Assembly: GCA_963664815.2 (NCBI GenBank)
Contig: CAXXHB010000003.1
Location: 64,001-128,000, forward strand
DNA length: 64,000 bases
Direction of reading: 5' to 3'
Source: Spirochaetota bacterium
GTDB lineage: Bacteria; Spirochaetota; UBA4802; UBA5550
Under the pieces are notes generated by a model, which did no database searches, was not told the origin of the DNA, and was given only the letters and a program-made list of their open reading frames with translations. Of the stretch, positions 31,722 through 40,916 are shown piece after piece (the first letter of the stretch is position 1; each line of letters opens with the position of its first letter). The position numbers and the translations under genes were made by a program.

Positions 31722-32399
31722 ATGAAAACAAAAATTTTTTATCTGATTATGACAGTAGTTATTTTCTCTACTGCCGGCTCATGCAAACAGGCTGACCTCA
31801 ATAGTGATAAAGGTAAATACAGCTACGCAATCGGATTTAATATCGGATCCAGTATGAAGAAGGATAATGTTGACCTTGATATGGATTCATTCACTGCTGC
31901 AATTGAAGATGCATTAAAAGGAACAGAGAGTAAGCTTTCTCAGGATCAGACACAGGCTGCCATGCAGAGTCTGATGGCTATTCTGCAGAAAAAGAGAATG
32001 GAAATTTCCGACGGTAACAAGAAAAAAGGGGATGATTTCCTCGCTTCCAATAAATCTAAAGAGGGTGTGAAGACAACCGCATCAGGCCTTCAGTACAGGG
32101 TTATAAAAGAAGGGAACGGTGCAAAACCTAAATCAACAGATGTCGTAAAAGTTCATTATTCGGGAAGGCTTATTGACGGTAAAGAATTTGACAGCTCTTA
32201 TAAAAGGAACGAACCGGCACAGTTTAAACTGGATGGTGTAATAAAGGGATGGACGGAAGGGGTTCAGCTTATGACTGTCGGGTCAAAATATGAGTTTGTT
32301 ATACCTGCTGATCTTGCATATGGTCCTGCGGGAAATCAGGGTATTCCCGGTAATTCCGTACTTATTTTTGAAGTGGAACTTCTCAGTATAGGACAATAA
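31722..32399 (+). CDS. fkpA: FKBP-type peptidyl-prolyl isomerase (FkpA/Mip), lipoprotein
   Basis: SYAIG dimerisation domain, TASGLQY, VHYSGRLIDGKEFDSSY, VIKGWTEG, IPADLAYG, LIFEVELL. Confidence 0.93.
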   Translation: MKTKIFYLIMTVVIFSTAGSCKQADLNSDKGKYSYAIGFNIGSSMKKDNVDLDMDSFTAAIEDALKGTESKLSQDQTQAAMQSLMAILQKKRMEISDGNKKKGDDFLASNKSKEGVKTTASGLQYRVIKEGNGAKPKSTDVVKVHYSGRLIDGKEFDSSYKRNEPAQFKLDGVIKGWTEGVQLMTVGSKYEFVIPADLAYGPAGNQGIPGNSVLIFEVELLSIGQ

Positions 32400-32429
32400 A
32401 TACTCCCGGCAGACATAAACTGCAGTAAT

Positions 32430-32459
32430 ATGGTCAGAGGGCGTATTTCCCCTGACCAT
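32430..32459 (+). terminator. Hairpin after fkpA (probable terminator)
   Basis: ATGGTCAG...CTGACCAT stem; poor U-tract. Confidence 0.45.
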
Positions 32460-32631
32460 TCGTAAACTGGTTTTTGCCAGTCTGCTCAATTTTGACGGTA
32501 ACAATACCGGAATATCTTATTAAAACAGAAAATATACAAAAAAAATTGACATAAAGAGAGAGATATTATAATATTTTGAGTATATCTGATTTCATGGTTA
32601 GAGTCTGTAATTATATAATCTGGAGTTTAAC

Positions 32632-34239
32632 ATGGCAATGAAGCGAAGTTTTATAGAATTTCTGATCCCTGTAATATCTTTATTCTTAATATTATCCTGC
32701 GAGTTTAATGTTCCCCTGAAAGAGGCTGTCACCGCAAGAAATGCGATTGAAGAAGCAAAAAAATACGATGCGGAAAAATATGCCCCGGATGAGATTAAAA
32801 AAGCGGAGACTCTTCTGTTTCAGAGCCATGGTTTTATAACATCAGGTAAAGCAGATGATGCTAAAAAAGCTGCTGTTGATTCTTTTGCTTCAGCTCAGGA
32901 AGCGGAGAAAAAAGCTCTTCCTCCATATGCTGCTGAAAAGATGAAAAAATCCGATGAAGCGTATGCTGAAGCTGATCAGGCGTATTCAGAAAAATTTTCA
33001 CCTGAAAAGTTTGCAGAAGCGAAATCGCTGAATGTCGAATCAAAATCTCTCTATGAAAAAAATGATTATAAAAAATCGGCAGATGCAGCGATGAAGTCAT
33101 ATGATCTTTCGGTTGCTGCAAAAAATGAATCTTTGAAAAATTCTTCTGCAATTGAGAGCGAGGTTAACACTGCAGAGAACAGGCTTTCAACCCTTAAGAG
33201 TGATAAATTCAGCAGTGCTGCGAAGGAGAATCTGGCAAACGCCGGGACTTCAATTGGTAATGCAAAAAAAGGTATGGAGAGCAGCGATTATAAAACCTCC
33301 CTCCATGAAATTGAAACAGCTAAAAAGGAACTTGAGGCTGCGGCTGATCTTATAAGAAAACAGAAGACTGCAGCCTCTATAGAAAAACTCAGGGCGGAAT
33401 TAAACGGACTTACTGGGAAAAGCGATTCGGCTGATGTGAAGCAGGATCTGGATAATGCAATGCTTGAATTAAATGGGGCGGAATCAGCTCTTGAACAGAA
33501 TAATATTACTGATGCGGAAATAAAAGTTGAAAATGCGGAGAAATTGATAAGCGGCTCGAATATCAAAATGAAGAAGAAAACAGCTCTTGATGCCATTGCG
33601 AAAGCCGATAAACTTCTGGGAGAGGCAAGGGATAAAGATCAGGATAAAAAATACAGTGAGAATCTGGATAAAGCTGAAAAGGTTCTTGATCAGGGAAGGT
33701 CATCAGTTGAAGCCGGGAAGTTTAATGATGGAATAAACAATGCAGAAGAGGCCGAGACAATAGTAAATGCGGTGCTGAATTCCATGGAAGCTGCTGCCGC
33801 GGAACTTGCAGTAAAATCGGCGAAGGAAGAACATGCTGAAGAAAAAAAACCGGCAGATGAAACAGCAGCTGCAGATAAAACAAAGATCGAAGAAAAAAAG
33901 CCGGCGGAAGAAACAGTAGTTTCAGAGAAAACAAAGATTGAAGAAAAAAGCGGGGAAAAGACTGAAGAAAAAGCTGTTGCCGCCGAGGATAAGAAAGAGG
34001 AACAGACCAGAACATACGTTGTTCAGTGGAGAAAAAAGAAAACTGATTGCCTGTGGAGGATAGCCGAAAAAGTTTACAAGGATGCTTCATTATGGCCTGC
34101 AATTTATCTTGCGAACAGGGAACAGATAAAGGATCCGGATCTTATATTCCCCGGTCAGAAATTTATTATTCCTCCCAAGCCGCAGAAAAAAACCTCATAT
34201 AAAAAAGTTAAGGAGCAGATTAAAGAAAAATCTAAATGA
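32632..34239 (+). CDS. Coiled-coil lipoprotein with C-terminal LysM domain (LipL71/LruA-like)
   Basis: Lipobox ILS-C; repeated AEKYAP/DUF4398-like helices; LysM TYVVQW...DCLWRIAEKVY...WPAIYLANREQIKDPDLIFPGQ. Confidence 0.85.
   Translation: MAMKRSFIEFLIPVISLFLILSCEFNVPLKEAVTARNAIEEAKKYDAEKYAPDEIKKAETLLFQSHGFITSGKADDAKKAAVDSFASAQEAEKKALPPYAAEKMKKSDEAYAEADQAYSEKFSPEKFAEAKSLNVESKSLYEKNDYKKSADAAMKSYDLSVAAKNESLKNSSAIESEVNTAENRLSTLKSDKFSSAAKENLANAGTSIGNAKKGMESSDYKTSLHEIETAKKELEAAADLIRKQKTAASIEKLRAELNGLTGKSDSADVKQDLDNAMLELNGAESALEQNNITDAEIKVENAEKLISGSNIKMKKKTALDAIAKADKLLGEARDKDQDKKYSENLDKAEKVLDQGRSSVEAGKFNDGINNAEEAETIVNAVLNSMEAAAAELAVKSAKEEHAEEKKPADETAAADKTKIEEKKPAEETVVSEKTKIEEKSGEKTEEKAVAAEDKKEEQTRTYVVQWRKKKTDCLWRIAEKVYKDASLWPAIYLANREQIKDPDLIFPGQKFIIPPKPQKKTSYKKVKEQIKEKSK
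33838..33950 (+). repeat. In-frame 51-bp imperfect tandem repeat (EEKKPAxET...KTKI linker)
   Basis: Units start at 33838 and 33889, with a partial unit at 33940. Confidence 0.75.
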
Positions 34240-35447
34240 TAAAAAAATTTTCAGCTTTAATATTTCTTGTTTTTTTAATCAATGTCCCTCTACAGTCGAG
34301 GGACATTGATTTAGACGGCATCTATCTTGATAAGAGTTCCGGTCTCTACAGGCAGATAACAGCAGACAAGGAGAGACTTTACAGCAACATATCATCTCTG
34401 TTTATAGACAGTAATGTTATTTACGCGGAATGGTCAGGCGGGGATGAATTAATCTATATAAAAGAATTTGCCGGGATAAATATAGTTTATAAGTATGTAA
34501 GGATAAACCGCAGCAGAAGCGAAATTGGAAGGTTCGGCGGTACAGTAACCTCGGTACTGATGAGTAGAGATAACAGTTATTTATACGCTAAAACCCTGTT
34601 TTACAATGAAGACGCTGAGGCTGTCTCGGAAACCGTAACAGTTGATATAAACTCAAAAGAAATAAGTAAAAAAAAATCAGGTTTTCTCTTTCTGGATTTT
34701 ACAATGTATCCTTCGGGAAACAGTATTGTTTATAAGAACGGTCAGGGAATTGTTAAAACCGATACTGCTACCGGTAACAGCAGGCTTCTCCTGCCGGGTG
34801 AAACCTTCACAAATTTATCGGAGGGGGGAGATCCTGTGCTGGCATTTATTTCACCTGATGAAAAGAAAACTATCCTGGTTTCGGGGAATGGAGGTTCCTA
34901 CAGGACAAGAATTATTTCTCCGGCGGGAGGGGTTGATCTTGCGGGGGTCTCTTCAGGGACTGATTTAAGGTGGATAGACAACAACAGGTTTGTCTACAGG
35001 TCTGGCGGAGGAGGGGATTATTCTGTCAGGGTTTATGACCTTACTTCCGGAAAATCAAAAGAGCTTCTTTCCGGAACATTAAATCCCGATATAAATTATT
35101 CGGAAATTCCCGGTATTATTACATGCCTTGATAACCAGGTTATTACAGTAATCTCCCGCGATCTTAAGAGAAGAATAGATACCGGCATCGAAGGGGAGGA
35201 GTCGTATTTTTCTCCCGACGGAAGAAAGTTCACATCCATATATCTCGGAAAGCTTTATGTAAACAGTTTGAACATGGTGGAGAAGTACAGTATTGAAATC
35301 AGAAGAAATGCGGAAGATCTTCTTAAGTTATATCGAAAAGCGGCTGAGATGAAAAGCATCTGGGAGAATGATTATTCCGGAGAATACATAGGGAAAAAAG
35401 TTAAGCAGTATGACAGATTCCTGAAAATTAAAGAGAATAAAAGATGA
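34236..35447 (+). CDS. Secreted hypothetical protein, probable beta-propeller (TolB-like)
   Basis: Signal peptide; repeated SPDEK / SPDGRK / WIDNN motifs; ATGA overlap with upstream gene. Confidence 0.7.
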   Translation: MIKKFSALIFLVFLINVPLQSRDIDLDGIYLDKSSGLYRQITADKERLYSNISSLFIDSNVIYAEWSGGDELIYIKEFAGINIVYKYVRINRSRSEIGRFGGTVTSVLMSRDNSYLYAKTLFYNEDAEAVSETVTVDINSKEISKKKSGFLFLDFTMYPSGNSIVYKNGQGIVKTDTATGNSRLLLPGETFTNLSEGGDPVLAFISPDEKKTILVSGNGGSYRTRIISPAGGVDLAGVSSGTDLRWIDNNRFVYRSGGGGDYSVRVYDLTSGKSKELLSGTLNPDINYSEIPGIITCLDNQVITVISRDLKRRIDTGIEGEESYFSPDGRKFTSIYLGKLYVNSLNMVEKYSIEIRRNAEDLLKLYRKAAEMKSIWENDYSGEYIGKKVKQYDRFLKIKENKR

Positions 35448-36394
35448 TAAACAAAAGGTCGCTGAACCGGTTTTTCAGATTGTACTTTTACAGGTTAAAT
35501 CATGGAGTATCTGCCGGCTCCAGGATGATGACTGCCGAAGAGTTCATCGGGGAAAAAAGGAACCAGTCTCCGGTGAAAAAAAGATGGATAGTCAATCTGG
35601 CACTTTTTTTTGTAACTCTGGCAACTACGACTCTTGCCGGTGCAGATTATAATGATGATATGATAAAATCAGTGCTCAGCGGACTTCCATACTCTCTTAC
35701 ACTGATGCTGATACTCGGTGTTCATGAATTCGGGCATTATTTTGCGGCACGAAGATTCGGAGTTGAAGCTACACTCCCTTTTTTTATTCCGTTTCCGTCA
35801 ATTGTAGGGACTATGGGCGCTGTAATAAAAACAAAATCACCGATACCGCACAGGAAGGCGCTTTTCTACATTGGTGTAATGGGGCCGGTTCCAGGATTTA
35901 TCATAAGCCTTACAGCAGTAATCACCGGTGTTGCATTTTCAAGGGTTCTGCCTCTCCCTCCGGCTGACGGATTAACTCCGATTTTCGGGGATTCAATACT
36001 TTTTGGATTAATTGTCCGTTTTTTTCACGGGAATATACCGTCAGGATTTGATATTGCTCTTCATCCGGTTGCATGGGCGGGATGGATAGGATTTCTGATA
36101 ACCAGTTTAAACCTTATTCCCATAGGTCAGCTGGATGGAGGCCATGTTTTGTATTCTTTAATCGGGAGAAAACAGGTGTATGCCGGATGGGCTTCACTGG
36201 CTGCCCTTATTGTGCTTACATTTATATGGTCGGGGTGGAGCGTCTGGATTATCCTCACTCTGCTGCTTCTCATGGTTGCGCATCCCGAAATTCCTGAAAC
36301 AGTGGAACTTTCATTTAAAGAAAAAGTTGCAGGATGGCTCTGCATGGTTATATTTGTAATTACATTTATTCCCGTTCCTGTCCGGGTGTACTGA
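35444..36394 (+). CDS. Site-2 protease (peptidase M50)
   Basis: HEFGH zinc motif, GVMGP, NLIPIGQLDGGH. Confidence 0.95.
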   Translation: MINKRSLNRFFRLYFYRLNHGVSAGSRMMTAEEFIGEKRNQSPVKKRWIVNLALFFVTLATTTLAGADYNDDMIKSVLSGLPYSLTLMLILGVHEFGHYFAARRFGVEATLPFFIPFPSIVGTMGAVIKTKSPIPHRKALFYIGVMGPVPGFIISLTAVITGVAFSRVLPLPPADGLTPIFGDSILFGLIVRFFHGNIPSGFDIALHPVAWAGWIGFLITSLNLIPIGQLDGGHVLYSLIGRKQVYAGWASLAALIVLTFIWSGWSVWIILTLLLLMVAHPEIPETVELSFKEKVAGWLCMVIFVITFIPVPVRVY

Positions 36395-36752
36395 CAGTTA
36401 TTGAGTTAACATCAAGGTACTTTCTGTAGTTTTTGATTATTTTAAAGATAACAATAATATCAGCGGCAAACCATATGATACATACGTATATAAATGTTGT
36501 CATGTTCATCCCGGTATTGAGTATCTCAAACAGGTCACTCTTATCAAAAACCATGATACCATAAATAAAAAATGCAGTTGTCATACTTGTTATAACAGTA
36601 ATCATGAAGAGGATTTTGTATATGCTGCCGTATTTTGTGAGAGACGCGTAAAGCATAACAATAATCAGAAGGAGTATGATAAAACTCATAGTTAAAGCCT
36701 CCATAACTGCCCTGGCTTGTTTTTTTGAATAATTTAATAAGCGGAAGCTCAC
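36366..36752 (-). CDS. Hypothetical membrane protein (3 TM)
   Basis: Hydrophobic ORF co-oriented with the upstream minus-strand genes; start uncertain; 3' end overlaps the M50 gene. Confidence 0.6.
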   Translation of the reverse strand: MSFRLLNYSKKQARAVMEALTMSFIILLLIIVMLYASLTKYGSIYKILFMITVITSMTTAFFIYGIMVFDKSDLFEILNTGMNMTTFIYVCIIWFAADIIVIFKIIKNYRKYLDVNSITVSTPGQERE

Positions 36753-36805
36753 TTTACTGTTAACGGTAGCATCAGAATGACAGAACCGTTAACAGTTTAA
36801 TAAAA

Positions 36806-37525
36806 TTATTCTTTATGAAATCCCCAGTTGAAAAAGAAGAATCCACTGTTATTTATATGATAAATTATTGACCGGTCATTTTTGTCAATTTTAAATACTG
36901 ATTTTGAGGAATTTTCGATATCGGCATATTCATTAAAATTAAGTTTAGAATCGACAAATTTAATTTTTAAAAGTTTTCCTTCATTCATGAACTCATAATA
37001 GAAAAAAGTATTGCTGTAATTTTCAGTGAAAATCTTTGAATTAAGAACCGCAGCGCCTCCCGAAAGGAAAAACATTTTTGCCGGTACCATTTCTCCTCCG
37101 GGATAAATATATGTATCAGCAAGCAGTAAAGATGAAGACTCAAACGCTTTAACAAAATCCGCGCTTAAGTTTCCTTTTTGCTCAGCGAATGAAACTTTTA
37201 GCTGTTCAGTGACAGAACCGGCTGTGCCTACTGATGTATCCTGTACCCATCCGCTTTTCCCGTTCCACTGGGTTTTGTACCATATGGTTTTATCCTCTGC
37301 AGATGCGGATTTTACTTTGTCAGATGATTCTGTCAGCGTAATTTTTTCTCCAAATGGTATTACAGTAACCATTGAACTCTTAACATCGGGTGACGATTTC
37401 AGAATAATACCTTCAGGATTCTGACTGAAGGCGTCGCGGGGGAGAACCTCCGCAGTTTTCTGCTTGCATGATATTATTGATATCATAACAATTGATGCCA
37501 ATAGTACTATTTGTGTTTTTTTCAT
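36806..37525 (-). CDS. SH3-like domain lipoprotein
   Basis: Lipobox IIS-C; ILKSSPD...IPFGEKI...WYKTQWNGKSGWV (SH3b). Confidence 0.8.
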   Translation of the reverse strand: MKKTQIVLLASIVMISIISCKQKTAEVLPRDAFSQNPEGIILKSSPDVKSSMVTVIPFGEKITLTESSDKVKSASAEDKTIWYKTQWNGKSGWVQDTSVGTAGSVTEQLKVSFAEQKGNLSADFVKAFESSSLLLADTYIYPGGEMVPAKMFFLSGGAAVLNSKIFTENYSNTFFYYEFMNEGKLLKIKFVDSKLNFNEYADIENSSKSVFKIDKNDRSIIYHINNSGFFFFNWGFHKE

Positions 37526-37528
37526 ATC

Positions 37529-40500
37529 CTACCTCACTAGTTGTTTTATTTCATTAATTGAACTTTTTGCCGCATAGTCGGAAGCTGTTTTACCATCAGT
37601 GTCTTTTATGTCAAGAACTGCTCCGCGGGCTCTGAGAACTGGAACAATATCTGCAACCTTCTGATAGTTCTTCTGGTTGGCTTCTTTAATTACATGAGTC
37701 AGGGCTGTCCGGCCTTTGCTGTCCTTAAAGTTGATATCTGCTCCGTTTTTTATCAGAAGGTCAATAAGTTCTGTTACAGCTTTTTTCTCTTTATCTGAAA
37801 TTTTATATTCACCGATGTAATCCATCACAATCCTTTTAAGCGCGGTGTTGCCGTCGCTGTCTGTTCCATTGACATTGGCGCCCCCTTTAATCAGCGCTTC
37901 AATGATAACAGCATTTTTCGTTTTACAGGCTATGCTCAGGGGTGTCCGCCCGTATTTATCTGGGAGATCGGCATTTGAACCTTTGGAAGTCAGTTCGGCA
38001 ATAAGTTTTGCTGCCTGTGTGGACTTCGGCTTATCTTTCACAGTCGAATACTGCGTTTTTGACAGAACCATAATCAGTGTTTCATTTTTCTGGTTGAGGA
38101 TATTGGAGTCCCCTCCGTTTTTAATGAAAAGACTTACTATGTTGAATTTTTCAAGAGCTGCAGCTTCATGGAGAAGAGGTGTTCCCGAGGTTGTCCTGTC
38201 GTTGATTTCTGCGCCGGCTTTAACAAGGAGCTCAGCGCACAGGTAGGCGCCTTCGCCTGATGCTTTGATTGCTTTATAGAGGGCGGATTCTCCTGCTTTA
38301 TCCTTGAGCTTAAAGTCTGCTCCGCCGGTTATAAGGGCTTTGACAATATTGCTGTAACCTTTTTCTGATGCCAGCATTATGGCTGTTTTATTTTCTAAAT
38401 TCACAGAGTTAAGGTCTGTCTTGTTTTTTACAAGAGAGTTTATAAAACCAGGTTTATTCCCAAGGGCTGACATGTGCAGAAGTGTATTGCCGTTTTCAAA
38501 TTTTTCATTTGACGGGGCGCCCGCGGCAACAAGCATATCGAAAATATCCGGTCTGTTTTTTTCAAAAGAGATAAGAACAACACTTTTGCCGCCAGAAGTT
38601 TTTACACTGGTATCAGCTTTTGTTCCTGGTTCTGTTTTATCTTTAAGAAGCAGAGATACTGTTCTGGAATCGCTTTTTGTTACAGCGGTAATAAGAGGGG
38701 TATTCCCGGCATTATCCTTTTCGTTAAGTTCAGCACCTGCTGAAATCAGAAACTCTATAATCTGTGTTCTTCCCTTATCAATGGCATGGTTAAGAGGGTA
38801 GAGACCCCCCATATATTTTTTATTAATATCGCCTTTTTTTTCAACAAGGAGTTTGAGAGTTACGATATCGTTTTTTTCTATGGTGAGGTAAAACAGGGTT
38901 TTCCCGTCAGAATTCTCCACTCCGGGATTAGCACCATTGTTGAGGAGAAGATTCAGCATGGCTTTGCTTTTTTCATATGCCGTTATTACGAGTTTTGAAT
39001 TCTTCCAGTCATTGCCATTCGGATCTGCGCCGTTTTTCAGAAAAAAATCTGCATTATCTGTAAGGTTTGCATAAACGGCTATTGCAAGAGGAGTGCGGCC
39101 GGCGGCATCAATTTCCAATACCCATTGCTGATTTACTGTGAGCATTGAAAGTAGTGTCGAGCCGCCTTTAGCGGAGGCAAGATAATGAAGAACTGACATC
39201 CCCTGCAGGTCTTTATCTTTTAGATTTATTTTTTCCTGCTGATTAAGAAGAAGTTTTGCAAACTGGAGTTTCCCCTTTTCGATTGATACAAAGAGCGGGG
39301 TTTTCCCGGCAGCATTTTTAATGTTGAAATCGGGATTCGATGTCGCAAGGGAATTGAGGAACGCAATGTCATTTTTTTCAGCGGAAAGGTGAAGCATTGA
39401 GTTTCCCTCGCCGTCTTTGAGAGAGATATCAGCTCCGCGTTTTATCAGTTCGGTAAATGCCGGCTTCAGATTCTTTTTATAGGCATAAAGAACAATTGGA
39501 TCTGTGCCATGTTCTTTGATGTTTATATTAAGTCCTTTATCGAGAAGTGTTATAAAACCTGAAATATTTCCTGAATCAACAGCGACTGCAGCAGAAGAGA
39601 TTCCGGAGCCGTCGGGCTCATTGACATTTCCGCCGCTTTCAATAATCTGTGCTATAATTTTGTCCCATTCTTTTCCTTTAACTGCGGATGCGTAGTGAAG
39701 AGCGGTTTTTCCGGAAGAATCCTTTTTTTTAACGTCGATACCTTTACTTATAAGAAACTGAGATAGTGATGAATTTTTTCCTTCAATAGTATTTACAAGA
39801 AGAGTTTTCCCCGTGCTGTCGGTAAATTTAAAGTCAGCCCCTGCATCAATAAGCGCCTGTACGTTTTCCCATCTCTTGCTGCTTATAGCAGTGTTAAGCG
39901 GAGTTGATCCTGCGGTATCCTTTTTATTTATGTTAATGCCATAGGCGGAAAAAGCCGTGATAGTTTTTCCGTTGTTTTTCCCGGCAGCAAGGAGATGCAT
40001 TATATTTTTTCCTGAGTAGTCAGATGTGTCTGCAGTGTATCCGTTTTGCAAAAGAAATTCGGCGGTTTTTAAATAGCCCTTTTCCATGGCAATAAAAAGA
40101 GGAGTTCTTCCCTGGGATCCTTTCATATCGATAATGGCTTTCTTTTCAATCAGGTATTTAATTGTAACCATATCGTTTTTTAAAACAGCAAGATGAAGTA
40201 TTGTATCTTTTGCAGCATTTACTCCATTTATATTTGCCCCTTTTTCTGCAAGCATCTTCATTATATTAAACTGTTTTGATTCATAAGCAAAAACAATAGC
40301 CGGCCTGTTGCCTATGAAATAGTCAGGAGTTACACCCCTGGTCATCAGGAGTTCAAGAGCGTGAATATTCCCTTTGCTTATTGCAATTTCTGCCGGATTT
40401 TGTCTTGGTGAACTGAAGTTCAGCGCATGAACATCGGCCCCTTTATTTATAGCCTTTTCCATCAATTCAAGGGCTTCCTTCCTGCTGCTTGAAGCAAGAA

Positions 40501-40795
40501 AGTGGAGTATTGTATTTCCCTTTGAATCAGCTGATTTTATATTTGCCCTTTCATCAATCAGCAGTGACGCAGCAGCATACTTTCCTCCGGAAACGGCAAG
40601 GAGAAGCAGGGTCTTTCCTGAACTGTCGGCAGTATCAACACTTAAACCGGTGCCGAGTAACTCCTGAATTACTTTTGTGTTGCCGGTTTTTGCGGCATTT
40701 ATCAGTTTTGTTTCAGTGGCGGAACCATTTGTTAAACCGGTAAAGAAGAAAAAAACAGCTGCTAAAAAAAATATAACAATCTTTTTCATAATCAT
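37529..40795 (-). CDS. Large secreted ankyrin-repeat protein
   Basis: Signal peptide; many GxTPL/GxTxLH...GAD repeats along the whole 1088 aa. Confidence 0.93.
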   Translation of the reverse strand: MIMKKIVIFFLAAVFFFFTGLTNGSATETKLINAAKTGNTKVIQELLGTGLSVDTADSSGKTLLLLAVSGGKYAAASLLIDERANIKSADSKGNTILHFLASSSRKEALELMEKAINKGADVHALNFSSPRQNPAEIAISKGNIHALELLMTRGVTPDYFIGNRPAIVFAYESKQFNIMKMLAEKGANINGVNAAKDTILHLAVLKNDMVTIKYLIEKKAIIDMKGSQGRTPLFIAMEKGYLKTAEFLLQNGYTADTSDYSGKNIMHLLAAGKNNGKTITAFSAYGININKKDTAGSTPLNTAISSKRWENVQALIDAGADFKFTDSTGKTLLVNTIEGKNSSLSQFLISKGIDVKKKDSSGKTALHYASAVKGKEWDKIIAQIIESGGNVNEPDGSGISSAAVAVDSGNISGFITLLDKGLNINIKEHGTDPIVLYAYKKNLKPAFTELIKRGADISLKDGEGNSMLHLSAEKNDIAFLNSLATSNPDFNIKNAAGKTPLFVSIEKGKLQFAKLLLNQQEKINLKDKDLQGMSVLHYLASAKGGSTLLSMLTVNQQWVLEIDAAGRTPLAIAVYANLTDNADFFLKNGADPNGNDWKNSKLVITAYEKSKAMLNLLLNNGANPGVENSDGKTLFYLTIEKNDIVTLKLLVEKKGDINKKYMGGLYPLNHAIDKGRTQIIEFLISAGAELNEKDNAGNTPLITAVTKSDSRTVSLLLKDKTEPGTKADTSVKTSGGKSVVLISFEKNRPDIFDMLVAAGAPSNEKFENGNTLLHMSALGNKPGFINSLVKNKTDLNSVNLENKTAIMLASEKGYSNIVKALITGGADFKLKDKAGESALYKAIKASGEGAYLCAELLVKAGAEINDRTTSGTPLLHEAAALEKFNIVSLFIKNGGDSNILNQKNETLIMVLSKTQYSTVKDKPKSTQAAKLIAELTSKGSNADLPDKYGRTPLSIACKTKNAVIIEALIKGGANVNGTDSDGNTALKRIVMDYIGEYKISDKEKKAVTELIDLLIKNGADINFKDSKGRTALTHVIKEANQKNYQKVADIVPVLRARGAVLDIKDTDGKTASDYAAKSSINEIKQLVR

Positions 40796-40916
40796 TTCCT
40801 TGTTATTTAATTATACCTTTTATAACCGAATTTATTACAGAGGCTGGCGGATGCCAGCCCATTAATTGTTTCAGAGTTGCCAGGAAGCAGGGATACAGTA
40901 AAAGCCGACATGAACG

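Noticed and set aside
40842-40859. GGCTGGC-ggat-GCCAGCC hairpin and a similar AGGCTGGCGG at about 5877
   Set aside because: Too short to call a repeat family; no U-tract to support a terminator.
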